Shown here: positions 24,491-32,707 of the stretch, piece after piece
How positions within the stretch are numbered: the first letter of the stretch is position 1
How the letters are laid out: each line of letters opens with the position of its first letter
NCBI GenBank assembly: GCA_019416935.1
Contig: DXWI01000002.1
Coordinates: forward strand, 103,618 to 167,617
Origin: Clostridiales bacterium
Lineage (GTDB): Bacteria; Bacillota; Clostridia; Christensenellales; CAG-138
Length of the DNA: 64,000 nt
Direction: 5' to 3'
Translations under genes and position numbers: made by a program
Notes under the pieces: model-generated
The model's database searches: none
What the model was told of the DNA's origin: nothing
Seen by the model: only the letters and a program-made list of their open reading frames with translations

Positions 24491-25927
24491 TCAGTAACCC
24501 TTGGCAGAATCTATAACAGCCCCCGTAACAGCGTTGACGGAAAGCATGACTCCGGGAATTGTTTCGTCTGTCTCGCCATTTGTAAAAGTTCGCTGCCGCG
24601 TGCCATAGAAGTTCCAGACGGGGATCAGCAGTCCGTTCTCCGTAGAGCCCTGTTCCAGCACGCGCATCAGCTCCAACCGGGCTTCCGTAATATTGCAGGT
24701 AAGGTTCCGGTAATCTTGAGACTGGTATTGCCAGATCACCTGCATCATTTTTTCGAATATCGACTGTATTTCGGCAAAAGGCAACAGTTTGCAGGAATCC
24801 ACCCTAATATCGCCGATTTCCAACGGAGAGTCCCATTCGGCGTATACAATTCCACTGTCGTTTACAAGAAATACCAGCCGCTCATAGATCCATGCCGAGC
24901 CAAACTCGCTGTCGCTACCCGGAGTTCCGGAATAGCCGAATATTGCCGCGCACGCATATTGCTCCACCATACGCTGACAGGTGACGAGATAGCACCAGTC
25001 CGATGCGTCCTTCGCCGCATCCCCCTCCGTTGCGGCGTTATCATATAGCGCAATGCGCTCCACCCGCATCGGAACGTCCAACTCTGAAACAAACTGCCGC
25101 ACGATCTCCGCCGCCTGCTTGGGTTGCATGGACAAGCCCGGGTACGCCGTATTGTCGAGGGTATCGTTCTCTTTTACTTCTTTTGTGCTGTTTTTTCCGT
25201 GCACGACGCCGTTGTGTCCCGGTGTGCAATATACAAACTTGCTGTTTTGGATTCCACCTTTTCCAAGCGGCTCATACCACGATTCGTTGGATACACGGAA
25301 GACGGTTCCGGCGTTGTCCGTTGCATCCACCCCCATAAAGCGTCTGGAAGGATTACCGGAATCCACATATTGCTCGATTTCCGGTGTAACAGCCGTCGGC
25401 TCATAGGTATCCGGCGCCGTGCTGTACAGTTCCCCCAAATGCGCAAGCTCAGCCTCCCGCAGGGCCTTGTTCTCCTCGTAATACTCGTTCTGTTCAATTC
25501 GTTCCATATCGCTCTGAAGGGTGAGAATCGCCTGCTCAAGCTCTGTTTTCGTCCTGTCAGCCTCTGTACGCGGCTTGTACATGTTCTTATCTCTTATGAG
25601 CAAATCCCACAGCCCGTTTATCAGTTCCTGCGAAAAAGAGCCTGCCTTTACAGTAATTATGGGAATGGTATCTGTTTCCGGCAGGCGGACAGCAGCATTC
25701 GCAAGGATTGTAAAATGATCTTCCTCCACCATGACATCCATCATGTCCGGTGCGGACAGCTGCTCCCGAAGCGACAATGCCACCGATCCGTCATCGGCCG
25801 TCGCCTGCTCGATCAGATTTTCCGCATTTTTTCCAACCACAATCGGGCTCTCCGGCGTCTTTTGGCATCCGGAACATACCGCAAGCGTCATGAATGCGGC
25901 AAGTAATATGCAAATTGTTTTTTTCAT
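24491..25927 (-). CDS. Lipoprotein, paralog 3
   Basis: MKKTICILLAAFMTLAVCSGCQKTPESPIVVGKNAENLIEQA. C-terminus GLLIPVWNFYGTRQ...MLSVNAVTGAVIDSAKGY. 478 aa. Confidence 0.8.
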   Translation of the reverse strand: MKKTICILLAAFMTLAVCSGCQKTPESPIVVGKNAENLIEQATADDGSVALSLREQLSAPDMMDVMVEEDHFTILANAAVRLPETDTIPIITVKAGSFSQELINGLWDLLIRDKNMYKPRTEADRTKTELEQAILTLQSDMERIEQNEYYEENKALREAELAHLGELYSTAPDTYEPTAVTPEIEQYVDSGNPSRRFMGVDATDNAGTVFRVSNESWYEPLGKGGIQNSKFVYCTPGHNGVVHGKNSTKEVKENDTLDNTAYPGLSMQPKQAAEIVRQFVSELDVPMRVERIALYDNAATEGDAAKDASDWCYLVTCQRMVEQYACAAIFGYSGTPGSDSEFGSAWIYERLVFLVNDSGIVYAEWDSPLEIGDIRVDSCKLLPFAEIQSIFEKMMQVIWQYQSQDYRNLTCNITEARLELMRVLEQGSTENGLLIPVWNFYGTRQRTFTNGETDETIPGVMLSVNAVTGAVIDSAKGY

Positions 25928-25993
25928 GTGCTGACCTCGCTTTCCTGTTTTACCACCATTATGAAAGCTGCCGCAAAGGATTTGGTTATCAAG
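25852..25993. repeat. Copy 2 of the ~142-bp near-identical repeat (5' end and promoter of the lipoprotein 3 gene)
   Basis: See 24319-24460. Confidence 0.9.
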
Positions 25994-27374
25994 TTGTTTT
26001 CAAATTGTTTTCGGAAAAAATAATTTTTACAACCGTACCCTTGCCGACTTCACTCTTGATGGATAATGTTGCGCCGTGCGCCCGGACGATCTCCGCCACA
26101 AGGGCAAGCCCTAGGCCGCTTCCGCCTTTTTTCTTGCTGCGGGAGGGATCCGACATATAAAACGGCTCGGTAATCCGCGAAATTTCGCTTTTGGGGATAC
26201 CCTCGCCGCTGTCTGCGACTTCAATCGTGCTGCCGTAAGCGCGAAGAACTACAACTTGTCCCTCCGAAGAGGCTTTGGAGGCGTTGTCTACCAGGTTGAT
26301 AAGAGCGGAGCGCATAAGATCTGCGTCCATAACAAGAATATCTGTTTTGCACTCGGTTTTGAGGGTCGTGTGACGCTCCTGCATGGTACCAGCCGTACTC
26401 TCGATAACAATATCAAATAACTCGGATACATCCGTTTCACATAGCTTGATATCTTCCTTTAAGGTGATAAGCCGCAACAGCTTTTGCGTCATGCGCTCCA
26501 GCCACCGGCATTGATTGTTGATGTGCTTAAGCGAAACGTCCATCTGCCGACGGTTCACGTTGGCATTCAGAAGCGTATCCGAATGGATCAGCATCGTGGC
26601 AAGCGGCGTTTTGAACTCATGCGTCACGCCGCCGATGAAAAGCCGCTGCCGGTCTGCCGTTTCGATAAGCTCTGCAATATGCGTTTCTACGGCGTCCGCC
26701 ATAACATTGAAATCCGCTGCAAGGGAGCCGACTTCATCATGGGAAGTCACCTCTGCCCGCCGGGCATATTCGCCGCTCGATATGCGCTTTGTCGTTTCGG
26801 AGAGCGCATTAAGGGGCTTTGTAGCTTTGCGTACCAGCAGAACGATAAGGGCAACGCCCACAAGAGTGCCCGCTGCGCTGATAGCGATAAAGCTCCATGC
26901 CATCCGGGCGATATCGTGATAGACGGAGGAAACATCCTCCACAACATAGATCATAGCTTCCTTGTCGTTTACAACAGTACTGCTTCCTACGATAAGAATG
27001 TGGCGTCCGTCTGTTTCTCCAAGATAAGTTTGCTGCTCATGACCTGTGACCGGCAAGATGGTTTCGGGCAGGAGGTTTATGTTGGAATAGACCGTTTCAC
27101 CGTCCATGATGAAAACGGAAGTGTTGTCTGCAAATTGAGAAAAGCAGTAGACGGCGAGGGAATATTCCGTGATGGGCGAATCATTCTTGTCGCCATAATA
27201 GGAGAACATCTGAGAAAACGAGGTTTCAAGCGTCAGCTGCTTCTCCTCAGCCTGCTTTACCGTCAGATTCAGAATGTTGCTTTTCGATTGGAGTAAAAGA
27301 AGCGTGCAGCAGACCGTGACGATACAGATAAGAACGCAAACGCAGACAAGGGATATTTTCTGCCATAATTTCAT
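25989..27374 (-). CDS. Sensor histidine kinase, module 2
   Basis: Same architecture as HK1. H-box HEFKTPLATM, N-box NLVDNASKAS, G-box GSGLGLALV. TAG-n-ATG junction with RR2. Confidence 0.85.
   Translation of the reverse strand: MKLWQKISLVCVCVLICIVTVCCTLLLLQSKSNILNLTVKQAEEKQLTLETSFSQMFSYYGDKNDSPITEYSLAVYCFSQFADNTSVFIMDGETVYSNINLLPETILPVTGHEQQTYLGETDGRHILIVGSSTVVNDKEAMIYVVEDVSSVYHDIARMAWSFIAISAAGTLVGVALIVLLVRKATKPLNALSETTKRISSGEYARRAEVTSHDEVGSLAADFNVMADAVETHIAELIETADRQRLFIGGVTHEFKTPLATMLIHSDTLLNANVNRRQMDVSLKHINNQCRWLERMTQKLLRLITLKEDIKLCETDVSELFDIVIESTAGTMQERHTTLKTECKTDILVMDADLMRSALINLVDNASKASSEGQVVVLRAYGSTIEVADSGEGIPKSEISRITEPFYMSDPSRSKKKGGSGLGLALVAEIVRAHGATLSIKSEVGKGTVVKIIFSENNLKTT
25994..26012 (-). 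promoter_or_regulatory. Module-2 operator upstream of lipoprotein 3
   Basis: Gene-sense GAAAACAA-ttt-GAAAACAA (11-bp period) inside the last codons of HK2. CATAAT lies about 30 nt downstream. Confidence 0.5.
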
Positions 27375-27375
27375 G

Positions 27376-28041
27376 TCAGTGTTCCTCCAATCGGTATCCC
27401 GTTTTGGATATCGTCTTGATTTCATCTGTAAGGCCAAGTTTTCTTCGGATGTTTGCGATGTGCACATCTACGGTGCGCGGGCCGCCGAAATAATCGATGC
27501 CCCATATTTCATTTAACAGCCGGTCGCGGGGAACGGTACGGTTTTTATTGCGTACCAGCATGACGAGTACATCAAATTCCAATGGCTTTAGGGCGATTTC
27601 CTTTCCTAAGTGCGTTACAGTACGGTTTTCGGTGTCTATGGTGTAGTCGGAAAAGCGGAGCACCTTATTGAGTTTTCCCGTGCGCGCAAGCACCTTTTCC
27701 ATTCGCACCAGCAGTGTAACCACGTCAAAAGGTTTTACGAGATAATCCTCTGCGCCGTCCCGAAGCCCTTTGATCTCCGAGGCGGAATCCGTCTTTGCCG
27801 TCATGTAGATGACGGGGATATTATACTTTTCCATATAGGAAAAAAGCTCAAACCCGTCGATGCCGGGGAGCATGATGTCAAGAAGGGCGAGATCAAAGGA
27901 ATGATCGTTTTCAAGATAATCCGCCGCATTTTTGCCGTCGTCAAATATCATGTATTCATAGCCCACATATTGCAGGTTGACGGCAATACCATCCGCGAGA
28001 GCTGCGTCATCTTCGACGACTAATATTCTGTTCGCTGCCAT
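27376..28041 (-). CDS. OmpR-family response regulator, module 2
   Basis: The receiver is nearly identical to RR1 over LALLDIMLPGIDGFELFSYMEKYNIPVIYMTAKTDSASEIKGL. The winged-helix domain is divergent. Confidence 0.9.
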   Translation of the reverse strand: MAANRILVVEDDAALADGIAVNLQYVGYEYMIFDDGKNAADYLENDHSFDLALLDIMLPGIDGFELFSYMEKYNIPVIYMTAKTDSASEIKGLRDGAEDYLVKPFDVVTLLVRMEKVLARTGKLNKVLRFSDYTIDTENRTVTHLGKEIALKPLEFDVLVMLVRNKNRTVPRDRLLNEIWGIDYFGGPRTVDVHIANIRRKLGLTDEIKTISKTGYRLEEH

Positions 28042-28185
28042 TTGCTGTTTCCTCCATTCGGGTATACCTGTTTTTATTTTAGCATTTCGGTATGATAAAA
28101 AGGTTATCAAAATATTAACGATAAAAATACCACTGTTTTGAGCATATAGCAGGCGGCGTCCGACGTCAAAGATATGGGTTGAACA

Positions 28186-28220
28186 TAAAAAGGGCGCAGG
28201 AGATTTCTGCGCCCGAAAAA
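28186..28220 (-). terminator. Terminator after lipoprotein 4
   Basis: Minus strand gggcgcag-aaatctc-ctgcgccc followed by ttttta. Confidence 0.7.
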
Positions 28221-28236
28221 ATCACTATTTTTGGCT

Positions 28237-29778
28237 TTAATATCCCTTATCTAAATCAATAATACTGCCGTCGATGGCGTTGATTGCAAACAACACAATG
28301 GGAGCTTCCGGCCAGCTTTTGCCGCCGCGCCCTCCCGAAAAGTCAAAAGACTGTCCCCCGGCCTTATCCGTTGCAATGTTGTGTCCGTAGAACACCCACG
28401 CGGGAACGAGCAAACCCGTTGTACCGTCGCCGTTTGGCTCCCGAGTACGCATCAAGCACAGCTCGATGTCGTCCACATTAATCTCGATCTGTCCGCCGGG
28501 ATACCGTGTATCAAGCATCGATTCGTATTGTATCCTTACCATTTTCTCAAAGACGTCCATTATTTCGGGAAAACTCTTTAGCACAGCATTTTCCTGTACG
28601 ACCTCGCCAACGGCGATAGGCGACAACCATGTTATTGAAGCAAAGCCGTTGTTATCCACGGTGAAGCAGATATACTCATAATCCCAACCGATTTGGAATA
28701 CGCCGCTATTGCTTCCACCGGCGATGGTATTTATCATAACTGGGACATCTTCGGCCATTCTTGCATAGTAGAATTGCCAAGCGTAGTTTTGCGCGGGGTT
28801 CTTCGGACCTTCTATGTATTTTCCGTTCTCCCATCTTCCATCGACAAGCCCCGTGCCTTTGTCGTCCACGACGAACGCCGCTCCCAGGCGGAAATCATCG
28901 CTCATTCCTGCGGCAGTGAAAAAACCGTCGCACGTCTTCTTCGCTTCCTCATAAGAAATTGTGAGCTTTCCTTGCGCCGCATCTGGAAGCGAGCTTCCAT
29001 CCGTGCGCAGCATTCCTTTCGTGGTATATGCCGGGGCGGAATTATCCCAATAGGATAAATATCCCGATTTGCCGTTGGCGGCTTCTAAGTCCTGCAAGGA
29101 GGCGGAGGGCGCCATACAAACGGTGATGCCTCGGCTGTTATCCTCAAATGCGGCGCTCAACAGATAGAATCGTCCGGTTTTCCCGGCGATCGGGAATCCG
29201 TTTTCATCGGTAGCCTGCGTTTCGCGCAACGTCATTGTGCCGTCAGAAACGGCGGGTGCGGATAGTGTTTCCGGCGCCGACTTATACCGTTCTTCCGCAG
29301 CGGAAATCAAAGCGAGTATCTCCTCTTCGGTTTGGTCGTTGTTCAAATAGCTCTTATCTTCCAGTTTCTGCCTGAGAGCGAGTATCTGCTTTTCAATATC
29401 AGCCTTGGTTTCTCTGATGTGCCCTTGGTCGAGAGGTTTTTCATCGGGGAAAAGATAATTGAATATCCCCGTCACCTGCTCCTGCGTAAAGACAGACATG
29501 GCAGCTTTTCGTATAGGCATACCGCCGACATCGGGTTTGTGGACTTCAGCGTCCACATGAATGCGCAGCCTTCCATCCTCCATTTCGCTGTTAAAGATGT
29601 AGTTGTCCTCCGGAATAGCCAGATCATTCAGCATCTGCCCGTTCTCGGGCTTAGCAGCTTGCTCCACCATACGCTCCGTGTCCTTTTTTACCACGACCAC
29701 CTCATCCGGCGTTTCCTGGCAGGCCGCGAGGGAGAGCGTTAAACTTACAGCAAGCAATATTGCAAATACTTTTTTCAT
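28237..29778 (-). CDS. Lipoprotein, paralog 4 (most divergent)
   Basis: MKKVFAILLAVSLTLSLAACQETPDEVVVVKKDTERMVEQA. C-terminus GLLVPAWVFYGHN...LFAINAIDGSIIDLDKGY. 513 aa. Confidence 0.8.
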   Translation of the reverse strand: MKKVFAILLAVSLTLSLAACQETPDEVVVVKKDTERMVEQAAKPENGQMLNDLAIPEDNYIFNSEMEDGRLRIHVDAEVHKPDVGGMPIRKAAMSVFTQEQVTGIFNYLFPDEKPLDQGHIRETKADIEKQILALRQKLEDKSYLNNDQTEEEILALISAAEERYKSAPETLSAPAVSDGTMTLRETQATDENGFPIAGKTGRFYLLSAAFEDNSRGITVCMAPSASLQDLEAANGKSGYLSYWDNSAPAYTTKGMLRTDGSSLPDAAQGKLTISYEEAKKTCDGFFTAAGMSDDFRLGAAFVVDDKGTGLVDGRWENGKYIEGPKNPAQNYAWQFYYARMAEDVPVMINTIAGGSNSGVFQIGWDYEYICFTVDNNGFASITWLSPIAVGEVVQENAVLKSFPEIMDVFEKMVRIQYESMLDTRYPGGQIEINVDDIELCLMRTREPNGDGTTGLLVPAWVFYGHNIATDKAGGQSFDFSGGRGGKSWPEAPIVLFAINAIDGSIIDLDKGY

Positions 29779-29844
29779 TGTTTTTCCCCTTTCTCATGAT
29801 AAGGGTATTGTGTCATAATTTGCAGTCAAAATGGTTTGCAAACG

Positions 29845-29864
29845 GTTATTATTTTGTTATTATT
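29845..29864 (-). promoter_or_regulatory. Module-3 operator upstream of lipoprotein 4
   Basis: Gene-sense AATAATAAC-aa-AATAATAAC (11-bp period), overlapping the HK3 stop. Confidence 0.5.
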
Positions 29865-31266
29865 TTCGCTTTGCGAAAATCAGTCGTACCGTTGTACCCA
29901 TATTTTCGGCGCTTTCTATGACAAGCTCCGCGCCATGTGCCTTGGCAATTCTCTTAACCAGCGCCATGCCAAGGCCGCTGCTGCCGTTGAGCTTGCTGCG
30001 GGAGCGGTCTACCATGTAGAACGGTTCGGTGATACGGGGAATCTCTTCCTTTGGAATACCCTTGCCGTGGTCGATGACTTCTATGCTGTTATCGTGTGCG
30101 AAAAGCAAAATGCTTTCTCCCGGACTGCTTGCCCGCCTGGCATTTTCCACAAGATTGACAAGCGCCGAACGCATAAGATCAAAATCCATGGGCAGCGTGT
30201 TCATACTGCATTTTATAATAAGCTTAATATTTTTCTCCTGCAAGAGACCCTCGGATGTCGCTTTCACCGCTGCAAGCAGCTTTTCTACGCTTTCCTCCCG
30301 CAATTCGATTTCGCCTTGCAGCATGATAAGCGTCATCAGCTTCTGACTTAAGCGTTCCAGCCATTTTCCCTGGTCGTATATGCGTTCCAGCGCATTTTGG
30401 AGCACATCGGGTGCGACTTTTCTGCCGAGCAGCATTTCCGCATTTAGCAGAATGGAGGTGACAGGAGTTTTCATTTCGTGGGAAAGATCGTTAATAAACG
30501 TCTGCTGCCGCTCGGATTTTTCGCGCAGCTGCATGGATGTATCATGCAGCTCAGCAATATTTGTCTCAATGGCGTCCGCCATGCTGTTAAAGTCGGCGGC
30601 AAGCTCGGCAAGCTCATCTCTCCCCGTCAGTTTTATGCGGTTTTCATAATTGCCGCGCGCCAGCGCTGATGCACCCTCTTTTAGCCTTTTTACGGGTTTT
30701 AATGACCTTGATACCATAAGCCGCATAAGCGATGCGGCAATTACAATAATAACCGTACTTGTGATCATGCATTTAACAGCCAGTGACGTAACGCTTGCCG
30801 TTAACTCGGAAATGTCTCTCACAAGACAGACGGAATATTCTCTTGATCCCAGTTTCATCACCTTGCCCAAAATCAGATAGCTTGTGCCGTTTATTTTAAC
30901 ATTCCTATATTGAACCGTTCCGTCCAAAGACATAGAGGAGCTGTTTGCGAGCAGGGCTTCCGGTGCAAACCCGACGTTATTCGAGAGATATTCTCCGTTT
31001 TCATAAAGCGTAAACTCATTCGATCCTGGGGCGGCGTGGAATCTATACAGGACATAGCTACGAAAAGCGATCTGTTCTTCGGAAATATCCTGATCATAAG
31101 CCTGTGAAAACGAACTGCAAAATTGCTCAAAATCTGAAAGTGCGGTTGTTACCGATTGTGAAAGCGTCATATCCCATGTAAATCCCACGATCAGCGCACA
31201 GCATACGGATACGGCAACAATGACGAGCAGCACAGCAAAAACAGTCATCTTTGTTTGGAGCTTCAT
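29860..31266 (-). CDS. Sensor histidine kinase, module 3
   Basis: Two TM segments, HAMP region, H-box HEMKTPVTSI, N-box NLVENARRAS, G-box SSGLGMALV. Start lies 2 nt after the RR3 stop. Confidence 0.85.
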   Translation of the reverse strand: MKLQTKMTVFAVLLVIVAVSVCCALIVGFTWDMTLSQSVTTALSDFEQFCSSFSQAYDQDISEEQIAFRSYVLYRFHAAPGSNEFTLYENGEYLSNNVGFAPEALLANSSSMSLDGTVQYRNVKINGTSYLILGKVMKLGSREYSVCLVRDISELTASVTSLAVKCMITSTVIIVIAASLMRLMVSRSLKPVKRLKEGASALARGNYENRIKLTGRDELAELAADFNSMADAIETNIAELHDTSMQLREKSERQQTFINDLSHEMKTPVTSILLNAEMLLGRKVAPDVLQNALERIYDQGKWLERLSQKLMTLIMLQGEIELREESVEKLLAAVKATSEGLLQEKNIKLIIKCSMNTLPMDFDLMRSALVNLVENARRASSPGESILLFAHDNSIEVIDHGKGIPKEEIPRITEPFYMVDRSRSKLNGSSGLGMALVKRIAKAHGAELVIESAENMGTTVRLIFAKRK

Positions 31267-31268
31267 GG

Positions 31269-31928
31269 CTAATCCTCCAGCCGATACCCAATCTTTGTCA
31301 CGGCGACGATACCGCTTTCCAGTCCGAGTTTCTTTCTTAACATGGCGATGTGAGTGTCTACCGTGCGCACTCCCAAATACTCGATGCCCCATATTTCGTT
31401 TAGCAGCCGCTCACGGGAGAGGGTGCAGTTTTTGAACCTTACAAGCATAGCAAACAGGTCAAATTCCAGCGGCTGTAATGCCACAACCTCGCCGCATTTT
31501 GTTACGGTGCGTTTTTCGGTATCTATGGTAATGTCCCGATAGCGCAGTATCTTGCCCAGTTTTCCGGTGCGGTCAAGTATCTTTTCTATGCGCACAAGCA
31601 GTTCCAGCATTTCAAATGGCTTTATGATATAATCCTCCGCGCCACCCTTCAACCCTTTAATCCGTGAGGGAACATCCGTTTTCGCCGTGAGGTAGAGGGC
31701 GGGAATATTGTATTTTTGCATATGCTCCATAAGCGCAAAGCCATTGAGCCCCGGAAGCATGATATCAAGAAGGGCAAGATCATAGGAATGGTCGTTTTTC
31801 AGATGATTTGCTGCACAAAGCCCGTCACTTAATATCGTGTAATCATAGCCGGACATATCGAGATTTATCCCTATATTCTCCGCTATGTATTTATCATCTT
31901 CTACAATAAGTATTCTGTTTTTTGCCAT
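31269..31928 (-). CDS. OmpR-family response regulator, module 3
   Basis: MAKNRILIVEDD...LALLDIMLPGLNG, with winged-helix C-terminus RTVDTHIAMLRKKL...GYRLED. Confidence 0.9.
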   Translation of the reverse strand: MAKNRILIVEDDKYIAENIGINLDMSGYDYTILSDGLCAANHLKNDHSYDLALLDIMLPGLNGFALMEHMQKYNIPALYLTAKTDVPSRIKGLKGGAEDYIIKPFEMLELLVRIEKILDRTGKLGKILRYRDITIDTEKRTVTKCGEVVALQPLEFDLFAMLVRFKNCTLSRERLLNEIWGIEYLGVRTVDTHIAMLRKKLGLESGIVAVTKIGYRLED

Positions 31929-31999
31929 TGGTTCCGCTCCTTTGAAGGGTATATCTTATTATATTTTATCATATATGGTAAGCAAAAAAAGGCTGCTGA

Positions 32000-32020
32000 T
32001 TGTTATCGTTTTGTTATTAT
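32000..32020 (-). promoter_or_regulatory. Module-3 operator upstream of RR3
   Basis: Gene-sense AATAATAACAAAACGATAACAA (ATAAC half-sites 11 bp apart), followed by TTGCTT, 17 nt, then ATAATA. Confidence 0.5.
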
Positions 32021-32045
32021 TTCCATAAATTATAATATCACTGTT

Positions 32046-32687
32046 TTATTTCAGCATAGCCGTTACAACATATTTTCCAGGGGCGTTTCCCGAATATCTA
32101 AACGGGTAACAGGTGGTAAGGATAAGTATTTTGCCATCAGCAGCGGACAACCTAAAATCTTCCGTATTCTCATAAATTTTGATGTCGCTAACGGTATAGG
32201 TATAGACCGTTTTGTCCTGCATGATTACACTGATAGTATCGCCAAACTCTACTTTTTCCAGCACCCGCAAATGCGTCCGGTTTCTGTGTCCATATACTAC
32301 ACACATTCCGTCCTGTCCGGGCATGGCGGAAGAAGGAAGCCACCCCGGAGTTTTATCTAAAGTATCCTCATCGACGCCATATGCGACAGATACATTTTTC
32401 CCTTCAATGATAAGGGTAAAAAAGTCGCCGTTTTCAATTTCGTTCGATAGTTCTATCGGAGATGTAGTTTTTTCTGGCAGTATCCATGACGGAGAATTCT
32501 GCGGTGTTAAAGTAGGGGCCTGAGATATCGTATCTGTTGCCGCCGGCGTTGGTGTCGTAACGGGAACGATGTCAATGGACTGAATTTCGGTATCACGCTT
32601 TTCACTGAACGCAAATATGCCAAGAAGTATGGCAATGATAGAAAGGACGACAATTACTGCCGTCCTTTTTCTGTTTTCCTTTTTCAT
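32046..32687 (-). CDS. Sortase-family transpeptidase-like protein
   Basis: N-terminal TM anchor. VVYGHRN (His motif), ILILTTCYPF (TxxTC Cys motif) and a C-terminal YVVTA strand. 213 aa. Confidence 0.65.
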   Translation of the reverse strand: MKKENRKRTAVIVVLSIIAILLGIFAFSEKRDTEIQSIDIVPVTTPTPAATDTISQAPTLTPQNSPSWILPEKTTSPIELSNEIENGDFFTLIIEGKNVSVAYGVDEDTLDKTPGWLPSSAMPGQDGMCVVYGHRNRTHLRVLEKVEFGDTISVIMQDKTVYTYTVSDIKIYENTEDFRLSAADGKILILTTCYPFRYSGNAPGKYVVTAMLK

Positions 32688-32707
32688 ACACGATTCCCTT
32701 TCGTTAT

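Noticed and set aside
28095-28130. TTATCGTTaatatTTTGATAAC upstream of RR2 as a further ATAAC-type operator
   Set aside because: The half-sites are inverted rather than direct and are not in the 11-bp direct-repeat geometry seen at the other three sites. The evidence is too weak to call.
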